A DNA stretch of 64,000 bases, from NCBI RefSeq assembly GCF_009914755.1, contig NC_060932.1. One strand, given 5' to 3'. Positions 10,920 to 24,517 of this stretch are shown here, one piece after another (within the stretch, counting starts at the first letter, position 1; every line of letters begins with the position of its first letter). The notes beneath the pieces are model-generated. The model saw only the letters and a program-made list of their open reading frames with translations, had not been told where the DNA came from and ran no database searches. The stretch is from the human T2T-CHM13v2.0 reference genome, Homo sapiens. Made by a program: the position numbers and the translations under genes.

Positions 10920-10998
10920 AATTCAAGCCAGGAAGAAGCAGCAATCTGTCTTCTGGATTAAAACTGAAGATCAACCTACTTTCAACTTACTAAGAAAG
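10920..10998 (+). other. NAT1: NAT1 79-nt 5' UTR exon
   Basis: Polypyrimidine acceptor tcttttctcttatttctAG (AG 10918-10919) and donor AAG|GTATTA (GT 10999-11000). Open in the NAT1 frame (IQARKKQQSVFWIKTEDQPTFNLLRK). Confidence 0.9.
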
Positions 10999-12210
10999 GT
11001 ATTAAGCGCCTTTCTGAGAGCTCTCAGTGGGCTTCCTAAGCACGTTCACTCTGCCTCCTTTAAGTCTTATATTTATGATCAAGATGAAAGGGAGGGATGT
11101 ATCACTGCACAGAGATTCTACAAGTGGATATATAAAGCTAATAATGTTTTCAGTGAGCTCTTCTCTGGCAACTACTTTCCAAGTGCTTTCAGCATTCCAC
11201 CTTGAAGCACAACGTTAATAATGCACAATTTCTTATGTTCAGCCACAGAATGTTCACGTGTGATTTGGTTACAACATATTGCTCTATCCAGGCCTCTAAC
11301 AAAACTGACCTCTTTCAAATGGACTTGCAGTTGCTGAATTCCAAATCAACACTTTATCTTAAAAACAGAAAAGGAGGGGAAGGGTGGAGGGAGGGGAACA
11401 GAGAGGGTACAAGAGGCAAAAAAAGAAAAAGAGGAAAACAAATGCTTGTAAACAAGTTAAACCAAATAAAAGAGATATAAAGTAATTTCTTAAAAGAAGG
11501 AATGATATTCTAAGCAAGAATCAAATATCCAGGTATGTATAAACCGCCTTCGTCCTTTTAGATCGGCTTCTCTCTCTTCTTTACATACTCAGTACAAATT
11601 CTAGGTGAGGGGGCAGAGAGGGGTTGGCATTGTCTGACTAAATACATCTTGTTCTCTCTCTGAGTGGTAGAACTTTAGAGCTTGACCAAATGTTACGAAA
11701 GGGTGCTGGTGGAAGTTAGGATGAGAAGAAATGCAATCTAATAGATTTGGAGAAATGATGTTGTAGACACCAAGAACAGAGAAAGTTGGAAACTGGCAAT
11801 ATGGGGAGGATAGCTGGGTCAGAAAGGAAAAATAGGAGAATATAGAAGAAATGTTATGAGAAGGGAAAATAAGAGATGCTCCACTTATCACCATTCATCT
11901 CGGGGCAGGTCCCTTTGTACAAGGTCATCCTCAGGCCATACCACATACAAAAGAGTTATACCTGAGGTCTGTACAGCACTGTTACAATCATAGTCTCAAA
12001 AGGTTAAGGCTCTATGATGGCAGGTTTAAAAAACCTTTTCTAAAATATTTAACAAAATAAGGGGCATTTATTTTTTTTTGGTTCACATTACCTGAAAGTT
12101 AAAAGATAGCTTTCGGCTTCATTCAGGTCTTTCCTCATTCTACCTTCTGTTGTTTTTCATCTCTTGGTAAACTTGGTGAACTCTTTGTTAGTGTTGTTCT
12201 TCAGTAGGTT

Positions 12211-12288
12211 CTCACCAATAGCTTTGAATGAATACCCCACCAGCTTCTACTCACCAATAGCTTTGAATGAATACCCCACCAGCTTCTA
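12211..12288. repeat. Perfect 39-bp tandem duplication
   Basis: CTCACCAATAGCTTTGAATGAATACCCCACCAGCTTCTA x2. Confidence 0.97.
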
Positions 12289-12519
12289 CCTTGTAGCAGA
12301 ATGTACACGCTTAGGTTTCAGCAAAAGTTCCTCAGTAAAGTCTCAGATCTACTTAGATCATATGTTATCCATGAGCCAAGCACTGGTCCTAGAGCATATG
12401 TGTTCAAATTGGTCCCACCTAGTCCATGTGACTATCCATAAGACGCAATATGGGCAGCCTGTTCTCTACACAGTATCCAGAAACATCACTTTGATTGTGG
12501 CAAACATTGCTCAATTACA

Positions 12520-13100
12520 ACCCTTCTCTCAGGCCTCTCTCATTTACATTTCTCATTTCACTTACAGTAAAAACCAAAATGCCAGTCTTAGCTCCAAGGC
12601 TGCAGTTGCCTGTCAGATCTCATCTCAGTCCACTCTCCTTCTTACTCATGTGCTCCAATTACCCTTGCTTCCTGAATGTTTTTTGAACGCTCAAGGCAGT
12701 TTCCAGCTTAAGGCCTTGTTATTTTCTGTTTTCCTACTTGGAACAATCCTCCTCACGCATATCCTTAGGCCTTATTCTCTGGCATCCTTCAAATCTTAGC
12801 GAGTGTTTTTTTTTTGGTGTGTTTTTTTTTTTTTTTAAACCAACTAATTTAAAATTGGAGCTCTCCCTCTGTACTTACTGGGTCCTTTCTTTACTTTAGT
12901 TTTCCCAGGGCACTTACTACAATCTAACAGATTGCATGTTTTATCCATGTATTCAATTTCCTATATATGTCACTCCAACTCCCACTAAAATATAAGATTT
13001 TTGAGAGTAAGCAAGCACTAGAACAGTAGGAAACACATTATAGCTATTCAGTGAACTATTTCTTGAGTTAATCAATCAATGGATGAGTGAATCAATACAG
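12520..13100 (+). mobile_element. L2 3' fragment
   Basis: L2-type tail ccactaaaatataagatttttgagagt...gcactagaacagtagg...gagtgaatcaat. Confidence 0.6.
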
Positions 13101-13556
13101 TTCTTTGAGCGGGAAACTTTGTATAAGGCTCAGCTAAAAGGGAAATTGAGTGGGTCAGGTACCACGGATACTATACACTCTATTGCATGATTCTCCTGCC
13201 TACATCAGAAGACGTTTATAAGCCTATTTTAAAGGATACCAGTTGGAATCTCTCTTTTATTAATCACCAAGAGAACCATGAACAAGCTGTTTATCATTTG
13301 ACTCATCATTTAATCTTGATTTCCAGCTTCTCACACTTGAAAGAAGACATAATACATTTCTCACAGGATTCTGGGACTATTAACTGAACTTATGTGTGTA
13401 AAAGGAATTCATACAATGAAAGCACTAGAAATAATTATTATACTTATAACCATTGTATTTTTACATGTTTAAAATATAGCCATAATTAGCCTACTCAAAT
13501 CCAAGTGTAAAAGTAAAATGATTTGCTTTCGTTTTGTTTTCCTTGCTTAGGGGATC

Positions 13557-14429
13557 ATGGACATTGAAGCATATCTTGAAAGAATTGGCTATAAGAAGTC
13601 TAGGAACAAATTGGACTTGGAAACATTAACTGACATTCTTCAACACCAGATCCGAGCTGTTCCCTTTGAGAACCTTAACATCCATTGTGGGGATGCCATG
13701 GACTTAGGCTTAGAGGCCATTTTTGATCAAGTTGTGAGAAGAAATCGGGGTGGATGGTGTCTCCAGGTCAATCATCTTCTGTACTGGGCTCTGACCACTA
13801 TTGGTTTTGAGACCACGATGTTGGGAGGGTATGTTTACAGCACTCCAGCCAAAAAATACAGCACTGGCATGATTCACCTTCTCCTGCAGGTGACCATTGA
13901 TGGCAGGAACTACATTGTCGATGCTGGGTTTGGACGCTCATACCAGATGTGGCAGCCTCTGGAGTTAATTTCTGGGAAGGATCAGCCTCAGGTGCCTTGT
14001 GTCTTCCGTTTGACGGAAGAGAATGGATTCTGGTATCTAGACCAAATCAGAAGGGAACAGTACATTCCAAATGAAGAATTTCTTCATTCTGATCTCCTAG
14101 AAGACAGCAAATACCGAAAAATCTACTCCTTTACTCTTAAGCCTCGAACAATTGAAGATTTTGAGTCTATGAATACATACCTGCAGACATCTCCATCATC
14201 TGTGTTTACTAGTAAATCATTTTGTTCCTTGCAGACCCCAGATGGGGTTCACTGTTTGGTGGGCTTCACCCTCACCCATAGGAGATTCAATTATAAGGAC
14301 AATACAGATCTAATAGAGTTCAAGACTCTGAGTGAGGAAGAAATAGAAAAAGTGCTGAAAAATATATTTAATATTTCCTTGCAGAGAAAGCTTGTGCCCA
14401 AACATGGTGATAGATTTTTTACTATTTAG
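13557..14429 (+). CDS. NAT1: Arylamine N-acetyltransferase 1 (290 aa), intronless coding region
   Basis: [23 protein letters not shown]...HGDRFFTI. Catalytic triad Cys68 (RGGWC), His107, Asp122 (VDAGFG). F125/R127/Y129 are NAT1-type rather than NAT2-type. Acceptor ttttgttttccttgcttAG ends at 13550, 6 nt before the ATG. Confidence 0.99.
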   Translation: MDIEAYLERIGYKKSRNKLDLETLTDILQHQIRAVPFENLNIHCGDAMDLGLEAIFDQVVRRNRGGWCLQVNHLLYWALTTIGFETTMLGGYVYSTPAKKYSTGMIHLLLQVTIDGRNYIVDAGFGRSYQMWQPLELISGKDQPQVPCVFRLTEENGFWYLDQIRREQYIPNEEFLHSDLLEDSKYRKIYSFTLKPRTIEDFESMNTYLQTSPSSVFTSKSFCSLQTPDGVHCLVGFTLTHRRFNYKDNTDLIEFKTLSEEEIEKVLKNIFNISLQRKLVPKHGDRFFTI

Positions 14430-14620
14430 AATAAGGAGTAAAACAATCTTGTCTATTTGTCATCCAGCTCACCAGTTATCAACTGACGACCTATCATGTA
14501 TCTTCTGTACCCTTACCTTATTTTGAAGAAAATCCTAGACATCAAATCATTTCACCTATAAAAATGTCATCATATATAATTAAACAGCTTTTTAAAGAAA
14601 CATAACCACAAACCTTTTCA

Positions 14621-14647
14621 AATAATAATAATAATAATAATAATAAA
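14621..14647 (+). repeat. (AAT)8 tract running into AATAAA poly(A) signal (14642-14647)
   Basis: aataataataataataataataataaa seen directly in the NAT1 3' UTR. Confidence 0.9.
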
Positions 14648-15162
14648 TGTCTTTTAAAGATGGCCTGTGGTTATCTTGGAAATTGGTGATTTATGCTAGA
14701 AAGCTTTTAATGTTGGTTTATTGTTGAATTCCTAGAAAAGTTTTATGGGTAGATGAGTAAATAAAATATTGTAAAAAAACTTATTGTCTATAAAGTATAT
14801 TAAAACATTGTTGGCTAATATAATTTGAAAAAAAGTGGTTTTTTGGAAGACTTAGGATATTATGGTGCTACATAATTTTTCCTCGATGCTCTCTTCCTCT
14901 CATCTTTCTTGTCTCTTAAATTACTTTACTTCCTTGCACACTTTGCCATACAAGAATGAACATGAGCTTTTCTTGTGTAGATCTGAGTTGAAATCCTGTG
15001 GACACTGGGCGAATTACTTTTTAGATCTGTAGCTCTGACTCCTCAGGCATAAAATGGGAATAATGCTTTTACAGTTTAGTGGCGGAACTAAACTCCCAAA
15101 ATTATTTGTTATATGGATCAAGTAATAACGTCAGTAATGTTTTTGGTACAAAGTCATTATTT

Positions 15163-15168
15163 AATAAA
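15163..15168 (+). terminator. Distal NAT1 poly(A) signal AATAAA (others: ATTAAA 14579, AATAAA 14642, AATAAA 14760)
   Basis: Hexamers seen in an AT-rich 3' UTR, with GT/T-rich sequence downstream of 15168. Confidence 0.65.
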
Positions 15169-16651
15169 AGTTATTGTTCCATCTTGCTTGCCCCCCCACC
15201 CCTGTCATCTGCCTGCTTCTTTCTTGATTAAATATTGATAGGATATTAGATGCCCAAGATCTAAGAGTGTGCTCTGTGCTTCAGAATCTGAATCTTTGCT
15301 TATCTATAATTCAGATTTTCTGTTTGTGGATTCCAGTATCAGGACTATAGTTTAACTTGCAGACTTGATCTTACACTATTCTCCCTCTTCGACGTGTGAT
15401 CATTGTAATAAGGTTAAGAGAAAGGCAGGGACTAGAATGAAGAAATTTTAGTTAAGAGAACAAGATACATTGTAACATCGGTATTTTATGCAGCAATTTA
15501 ACAGTTGGGAGATGCTGGTGTGGGGGGATATCTTAGGAAGAGGTAGAAATGAGACATGGCCTCAGTGGGAAGGAAGGATGAAAGATATATTTCAGTATTT
15601 GATGGCTTGCTGTCTTCCTTACTGTACTGGCCTTTTCCAGCTCTGCTGCTATCTGGCAGCAATGCCAGGTCATTTCTTGTACTCTTGGGAAGAAATACGT
15701 TTTTCACTTTCTGACCAGGACCATGCCTGTGGAGTAGATGTTGACAAGAAACACTGACCAGATCAAAATGTGTCTCAAGGAGAATGGCACAATTTTGTGC
15801 AAATGAATCAAGGAAGTCTTATTGCACAAGAGTATCCTGGAACCCAGTGCAATTGATTTTTTAGAAAAATATATCACATAGGGGAAAAAAACTGGAATAT
15901 GTTGAAGGAGACGTATATAATATTTAGCATCCAGATTGATGACTTCTGCCCTAACTATGCAATGTTAACTTTTCTCAGATGAAATCTAAATGAGTGAAGG
16001 AGAATAATCTCGCCAATTCATTTGGTCAGAGATCTTAAGAAGCCCCCTACTTACTTGTGTTTGTCCAAACTGTTGTCTCTGTTTTTGGTGGCCCCTTGGA
16101 GATCAGAATGTGCCATGTCCTGTCAAGACCCCAAGACAAGTAAGGTAGAATCCAAACATTTTATATGTAGCTGGAAAAGTGGGGGTGTTGGATGTGTATT
16201 TCAGTTTCTTCAATCATTACGGTGAAGCTGAGCGTGAACCTTTATCTCCCATTCTCTCTGCACTAAGCCAAGGAGAGAATCTGTGACAAATGCCTGTACT
16301 GGTGTTTAGGTTGTACTCTGGGGGAGATAGCTGCTAGAAGTTGGCCCAATTGTGTATTTGCCTGTTTGTTTCCAGTGTCTAAGACCACTCAGAAATGCAT
16401 AGCCCCATTGACTCCCAGAACTAAAGAGACAGTCCCTTTTATGAGAGGTCATTAAAGAGACAGTCCTTTCTATGAGAACTATACAAGTTGTGGCTGTTGG
16501 TGTGTGGACCAACTACCTCCAAAAAATATGGGTAGACTTGGAATAATCACTGGAGTGAGCTAGAGGAAAGGCTCAGGAGGTGACATCCTTCAGCTCAGGC
16601 TTTTGGAGGGTTACTGTTTGTCTACCCCATTACCTCACCAATGCAAGTTCA

Positions 16652-16994
<343 letters not shown>

Positions 16995-17844
16995 GTGCAA
17001 TAAACCGCTTCTGGAGAAAAAAATGGGGGTTGTGCATTCCAGCCTTTTTTTCTGCACTACACCCAGAGAGTGTACTCTTTGGAAACGCACATCTTTGTTC
17101 TGTGACCGAGAGAAACACGTATGCCTAGTCTCCTCTACTGTTAGAGCCCGGAGGCTTAGGATGCTGTCCTTCATGGGGAAGCTGTAAAAGTTGGGGCATA
17201 AGGAAAATAACTGCCAATTGAAAATACTATACTTAGCAAATCTATTCTTCAAACATGAAGAGGAGATAAAACCCCAAGACAAACAAAAGCTAAAGCCATC
17301 ACCACCAGACTTGTCTTACAAGAAACGCTAAAGGGATTTCCTCATCTGAAAGGAAAGGACGCTAACATGCAACAAGAAAATATGTGAACGTATAAAACTC
17401 ACTGGTAAGAGTAAGTACACAGACAAATTTATAATACTCTAAGACTGTAATTGTGGTGTGTAAACCACAATATCTTTAGTATGAAGACTAAAAGATAAAG
17501 CTACCAAAAATGACAACAATTTGTCAGGAGATGGGCAATATAAAATGATGTAAATTGTGGCAACAAAAAGTCAAAATATGGGAGGCATGGAGTAAAAGTG
17601 CAGAGTTTTAAACTTTTTTTTATTGGCTTCCTTTCTTTGTGCTGAATGTTAAGTTTCCATCAGTTTAAAGTAACTTGTTATAGCTCTAAGATTTTTTTGT
17701 AAGCCTCATAGTAACCACAAAATGAAAGTTTGTCATAGATATACTAAAAATAAAAAAAGAGTAATTAAAACATACTCCCAGAGAAAATCAGTTAACCACA
17801 AAGGAAGATGGGAAGGAAGAAGAACAGAATTAAAAACAACCAAA

Positions 17845-18020
17845 CCTGGGCATGATGGCATGTACCGACAGTCCCAGATACTCAGGAGGCTGAGGCAGGA
17901 GGATCACTTGAGCCCAGGAGTTAAAGGATTCAGTTAGCTATGATCACACCAATGCATTCCAAACTTGTTGACAGACAGAGACCTTGTCCAAAAAAAAAAA
18001 TAAAAAATAAAAACAAACAA
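17845..18020 (+). mobile_element. Alu monomer (FLAM/FRAM-like)
   Basis: ctgggcatgatggcatg...gaggctgaggcaggaggatcacttgagcccaggag + poly-A. Confidence 0.8.
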
Positions 18021-18025
18021 AAATC

Positions 18026-18305
18026 TAGGCGTGGTGGCTCATGCTTGCAATCACGGCACTTTGGGAGGCCAAGGTGGGCAGATCACTTGAGCCCAGGAGT
18101 TCAAGACCAGTCTGGGCACCATGGCGAAACCCTATCTCTACTAAAATACAAAAATTAGCCAGGCATGGTGGAGCATTCCTGTAATCCCAGCTACTTGGGA
18201 GGCTTAGGCACGAGAATCACCTGGGAGGCAGAGGTTGCAGTGAGCTGAGATTGTGCCACTGCACTCTAGCCTGGGCAACAGAGTGAGACTCTGTTTCAAA
18301 AAATA
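18026..18305 (+). mobile_element. Alu
   Basis: Consensus dimer. Confidence 0.93.
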
Positions 18306-21300
18306 AGTAAGTAAATAATTAAAACAGCCAAAAAACAAGTAACAAAATGGCACTAGTGTGTCTTTATCTAGCAATAATAACATTGCATGTAAATGGAAAA
18401 AGTTAAAAGATGTAGAATAGTTGAATAGATTTTTTAAAAATACTCAATTATATGCTGTCTACAAGAAACTCATGTAACCTATAAAGGCACATGTAAAGTG
18501 AAAGTAAAGAGATGGAAAAAGACATGCCATGGAAACCAAAAATGAGCAGGAATAGCTATATTTATATCAGATAAAAGAGACTTCTAGTCAAAATTGTGCA
18601 ATGAGGCAAAAAAGGTTATTACATAATGATAAAGGGATCAATTCAGCAAGATGGCAAGATGATATAACAATAATATATATGCACCCAACACTGGAGTACC
18701 CAAGTATATAAACATAAATAAATCTAAAGGGAGAAGTATACAGCAATAAACAATATTAGGGAACTTTAACAACCCACTTTCTACAATGGACAAGTCATCC
18801 AGACAGAAAATCAACAAAGAAACAATGGAGTTAAACTGCATTCTAGACCAAAAGGACATAACTGACATTTCTAAAACACTTTATCCAATTGCTACAAAAT
18901 ACACAATCTTCTCATTAGTACATGGAACACTGTCCAGGATATACTGTATGTTAGGCCACACAATGATGTCAACAAATTTTTGAAGTCAAATTCATATCAA
19001 GTATCTTTTCTAACCACCATGAAATAAAACTGGGAATCAATAACAAGAGGGATTTCGGAAAGCGTACGAATACATAAAAATTAAACAGCATGCTCCTAAA
19101 CATCCAATAGGTCAATGAATAAATTAAGAATGAAAATTAAACATTTTGTGAATCAAATGAAAATGGAAGCACATCATATCAAAACTTGTGGGATACAGCA
19201 AAAGCAGTAGTAAGACAAAGTTTATAGTAATACATGCCTATCAAAAAGGTAGAAAGGTTTTCTATAAACAGCCTAATAATGTACTTTAAGAAACTAGGAA
19301 AGCAAGAATAAACTAAACCCAAAATAGTAGAAGGAAAGGAATAATAAATACCAGAGTAGAAAAATTAAATAGAGACTAAAAAAACAGTACAAAGGTCAAC
19401 TAAATGAAAAGTTGGATTTTTGAAAAGATAAAATCAACAAACCTTCATATGGATTAAAAAAATTACAATTGATGCGACAGAAATACAATGCATTATTGTA
19501 AAGTATTATGAACAAGTATATGCCAACAAATTTCAAAACCTGGAAGAGATGGATACATTTCTGGACACTTACAACCTATCAAATTGAACCATGAAGCAAT
19601 AGAAGACCTCAACAGATTAATAATGAGTTATGAGATCAAGCGTAATAAAAAAATTCCACATCAAAGAAAAGCCCAGGACTTAATGGCTTCACGCTAAATC
19701 TACCAAACATTTAAAGAAGAACTAATACCAGTTTTACTCTAACTCTTCAGAAAAAAATGAAGAGAAGGAAATCTAAATTAATTCTATGAGGCCAGTATTA
19801 CCCTGAAACCAAAATCAGAAAAGGACACAGAGAAAAAAGAAAACTACAGGCCAATATTCCTGATGAACACAGACGAAAAAGATTTTCTACAAGATACTAG
19901 CAAACTGAATTCAACAACACATGTAAAACATCATCACCATAATCAAGTGGGATTCCTCCTAGAGATGCAAAGATGGGTTAATATATGCAAATCAATAAAT
20001 GTGATACATCACATTAACAGAATCAAGAGAAATCATATGATTATTTCAATAGATGCTGGGAAAGCATTGCATAAAATTCAACATCCCTTAGTGATAAAAA
20101 CTCTCAGCAAATTGGTTATGGAAGGAACAAAGCTTAAAACAATAGAAAATATATATATGACAAATACACAGCTAACATCATACTGAACAGGGAAAAATTG
20201 AAAGCTTTTCCTCCACAATTAGAAAAGACAAGAATGCCCATTTTCAGCACTTTTATTCAATGTAATACTGGAAGTTTCAGTCAGAGCAATTAGACAAGAG
20301 AAAGAAATAAAGAGCATCCAAACTGGAAAGAATTCAAATTATTCTTCTTTGCAAATGACGTGATCTTATATTTAGAAAAAGCCAAACACTCTACGAAAAA
20401 ATGGTTTGAACTGATAAATGAATTCACTAAAGTTGCAGGATACAAAATAAACATACAAAAATTATTAGCATTTCTAGATGCAAATAGCGAACAACCTGAA
20501 AAAGAAATCAAGGAAGCTATTCCATTTATAATAATTACACAAAAACAAAAACCTAGCCACAAATTTAACTTAAAATGAAACATCTCTCATTGAAAACTAT
20601 AAAATATTGATGAAATACATTGAAGAGGACACAGGAAATAAAAAGATATTCCATGCTCATTGATTAGAAAAATTAATGTTGTTAAAATGTATGTATTATC
20701 CAAAGTGAGCTGCAGGTTAGATGCAATCCCTATCAAAATTCTAATGACATTCTTCACAGAAATAGAAATAGATTCTAAAATTTGTAGAGACCTATTAAAG
20801 ACCCTGAACAGCCAAAGCAATTTTGAGCAAAAAGAACAAAGCTAGAGGCATCACACTATCTCACTTCAAAATGTATTATAAAGCTTTAATAACCATAATA
20901 GCATGGTACTGGCATTAAAACAGACACATAGACCAATGGAATAGAATACAGAATCCAGAAATAACCCTAGGCATTTACAGCCAATTTATTTTTGACAAAG
21001 GTATTAAGAACATACATTGGGGAAAGAACAGTCTCTTCAATAAATGGTGCTGGGAAAATCTCTACATTTTTATGCTGAGAAAAGAACCCAGAGTAATTTA
21101 ATTTTTTGATTTAATTTTAATTACAAAATTAAATCAAAATGGATTAAAGACTTAAGTGTAAGAACTGACACTATGAAGCTACTAGAAGAAACTATAGGAG
21201 AAATGCTTTAGTACACTGGTCTGTACAAAGATTTTTTTGGGTAAATTCAAAAATACAGGCAACCAAAGCAAAAATAACAAATGGGATTATATCACACTAA

Positions 21301-21544
21301 ATGGCTTCTGCAAATCAAGGAAACAATCAGCAAACTGAAGAGACAACCCACAGGATAGGGGAAAATATTTGCAAACTATACATTTGACAAGAGATTAATA
21401 GCCAAAATATATAACGAGCTCAAACAACTTAATAGCAAAAAACCTACAAATGATCTTATTTTAAAAATGAGCAAATGATCTGAACAGACATTTCTCGAAA
21501 GAAGACATATGAATGGCCTACAGGTATGTAAAAAAAATGCTTGA

Positions 21545-21885
21545 CCAAACATGGTGGCTCACTCCTGCAATCCCAGTGCTTTTGAAGGCCAAGGTGAGAG
21601 GATCACTTGAGGCCAGGAGTTCAAGACTGGCCTGGGCAAACTAGCAAGATCTGCATCTCTACTAAAAAAAAAAAAAAAAAAAAAAATTAAAGAATTAGCT
21701 AGGCATCTTGGCACATGCCTGTAGTCCCAACTACTCAGGATGCTGAGGAGCCTAGGAGTTTGAGGTTGCAATGAGCTATGATCATGTCACTGCACTCCAG
21801 CCTGGGTAACAGAGTGAAACTCTACTAAAAAGAAAAAAGAAAAAGGAAAAGAAAAAAAAACAAAAACAGAAAGGAACAAAAGAAG
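21545..21885 (+). mobile_element. AluJ-like
   Basis: ggatcacttgaggccaggagttcaagac, long middle A tract and A-rich tail. Confidence 0.9.
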
Positions 21886-24114
21886 AATGCTGAACATTGC
21901 TAATCATCAAGGAAATGCAAATCAAAACCACAATGAGTTATCTCACACCAGTTAAAATGACTATTATGAAAAATAAAAAAACAAAAAATAACAAATGCTG
22001 TTAAGGATGTGGAGAAAGGGAAATGCTAATACACTGTGGTGGGAATGTAGATTAGTAGATCCACTATGGAAAATAGTATGGAGGTTCCTTCAAAAACCAA
22101 GAATAGGACTACCACATGCTCCAGTAATCCTACTTCTGGGTATATATCTAGAAGAAACGAAATTAGTTACTGAAGCGGTATGTGTACTCTCACGTTTACT
22201 GCAGCACTGTTCACAATAGCCAAGATATTGCTTCAACATAAGTGTCCATCCACGGATGAATGGATAAATAAAAGGTGGTATATATGCACAATGGAGTATT
22301 ACACAACCATGAGAAAAAAACGAAATCCTCTTGTTTGGAGCAGCATGGATAGAACAGGAGGACATCATGTTGAGTAAAATAAGCCAGGCGCAGAAAGACA
22401 AATATTACATGTTCTCAAATGTGGTTACAAAAAAGGGGACTTCATGGAGGTAGAGAGTGGAATGGTGGTTTACCAGGGCTGGGAAGGGCATGGAGGAGGT
22501 GGGGATGTAGAGAAGGTGGCTAATGGGTACAAAAATACAGTTAGACAGATGAAATAATTTTTAGTGTTCTATAGCACAGTAGCGTGACTATAGTAAACAA
22601 TAATTTATTGTGTATTTCAAAATAGCTAGACGAGATGTAGAATGTTCTCAATACAAAGAAGTGCTAAATGTTTGAGGGGATGGATGTGCAGATTATACTG
22701 ACTTGATTAATACACATTCTATGCATGTAACAAAATGTCACATGTACCCTATACATATGTACAGTTGTTACATATCAACAGAAAAGAATAAAATAATAAA
22801 GAAATTTAACTAAAAAAAGAAATATACACTGAAAAGTATAAAACATTGATATATGAAATTACAGAAGACACAAATAAATGGAAATAGGTCCCATGTTTGT
22901 GGAGAGGAATTAATATTTTTTAAATAGGCATACTATGGCAAAGCATATATTAATTCAATCCTTATCAAAATTCTAATTCTATTCTTCACATAAATTTTTA
23001 AAAATTCAAAAATTCACTTGAAACCACAAAATGCCCCAAATAGCCAAAGTAATCTTGAGAAAGTAGAACAAAGTTGTAGGCATCACACTTCCAGATTTCA
23101 AATTATATTACAAAATTATACTAATCAAAACTGTATGGTATTGGAATAAAAACAGACTCATACAGTAACGGAACAGAATAGAGAGCTCAGAAATAAACCC
23201 AAACATATATGGTCAGCTAATTTTTGACTTGCATCTAAGAAGATACAATGAGGAAAGGATAGCTACTTAAACAAATATTGTTAGATAAATTGGATATCCA
23301 CAGGCAAAATAATGAAAGTGAATGCTTATCTCACATAGATACACCAAAGTCAGCTCTCAGTGGATAAAAGATCATGCATAAAACCAGAAATTGTAAAACT
23401 TCTAGAAGAAAACATAAGAGAAAACCTCCTTGATGTTGGCCTAGTAATGATTTTTTGGATATCACTCCAAAAACTCAGGAAACAAAAGTGAGAATAAATA
23501 AATGGAATTACATCAAACTAAAAAGCACCTGCACAGCAAAGAAAACAATCAACAAAATGGAAAGGCAATGTGTAGACTGGAAGAGAATATTTGCAAACCA
23601 TTCATTTGATAAGGGGTTAATATCCAAAGTAAAAGAGCAATTCATACAATTCAATAGCAAAAAAAAAAAAAAAAGATTATAAAATGACCTGAATGGACAT
23701 TTTCCCAAAGAACACACACAAATGCCTAATAACCTTATGAACAAATGCTCCACATCATTAGTCATCAGGGAAATATAAATTAAAACCACAGTGAGCTAAC
23801 CACTCACACCTGTTAGAATGACTATTTTCAAAAAGGCAAGAGAGAACAAGTGTTCTTCATGATGTAGAGAAAAGGGAACGTTTATACAATGTTGGCAGGA
23901 ATGTAAATTACTTCAGCCATTATAGGAAACAGTATGGAGGTTTGTCAAAGAAATAGAAATAGAACTATCATATGATTCAACAATCTGTCTGTTGGTTATA
24001 TACCCACAGGAAATGAATTTAGCCCCTTGTACTAATATCTGTGCTCTTGTGTTTATTGTAGCATTATTCACAATAGCCCTATCAAATGACAGATTAATGG
24101 ACAAAGGAATTGTG

Positions 24115-24199
24115 GTGTATATATATATATACACATATATATACATATATGTATATATATGTGTATATATGTATATATGTGTATATATATGTATATATA

Positions 24200-24233
<34 letters not shown>

Positions 24234-24240
24234 CACATAC
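24115..24240. repeat. Compound (TA)n/(TG)n/(CA)n microsatellite
   Basis: gtgtatatatatatatacacatatat... Confidence 0.95.
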
Positions 24241-24517
24241 AATGGAATATTAGTCAGCCTTAAAAAAGAAGCAGATACTGCCATTTGCAACCACATAGAT
24301 GAAACTTGAGGTCATTATGCTAAATTTAAATAAGCTAGACACAGAAAAATACCACATGATTTCATAAGCACAATCTAAAAAATATTCAAATACACAGGAA
24401 CAGGTAAAATTTCGTTTAACAAGGGAAGGGAGGGGAGAAAAATAGCAACATGTAGGTCAAAGGGTACAATCCTACAGTTATTATCGGATGAGATCTAATG
24501 TATAGTATGATAATTAC

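Larger units (their letters stand above)
17200..22800 (+). mobile_element. Old L1 (L1MA/PB-like): ORF1 end, ORF2 relic and 3' UTR, interrupted by Alus
   Basis: ORF2-like peptides (MDKSSRQKINKETMELN, NQVGF...ICKSINVIHHINR, MILYLEK...ELINEFTKVAGYKINIQK) with many stops. 3' UTR at ~22400-22800. Confidence 0.92.

Noticed and set aside
12164-12799. 211-aa + strand ORF in the NAT1 intron with a repeated SPIALNEYPTSFY
   Set aside because: Non-ATG start, no recognisable domain, runs into L2-derived DNA. The peptide repeat simply reflects the 39-bp duplication.
23913-24309. YI/YT-rich ORFs on both strands
   Set aside because: Translation of the (TA)n microsatellite inside an L1.
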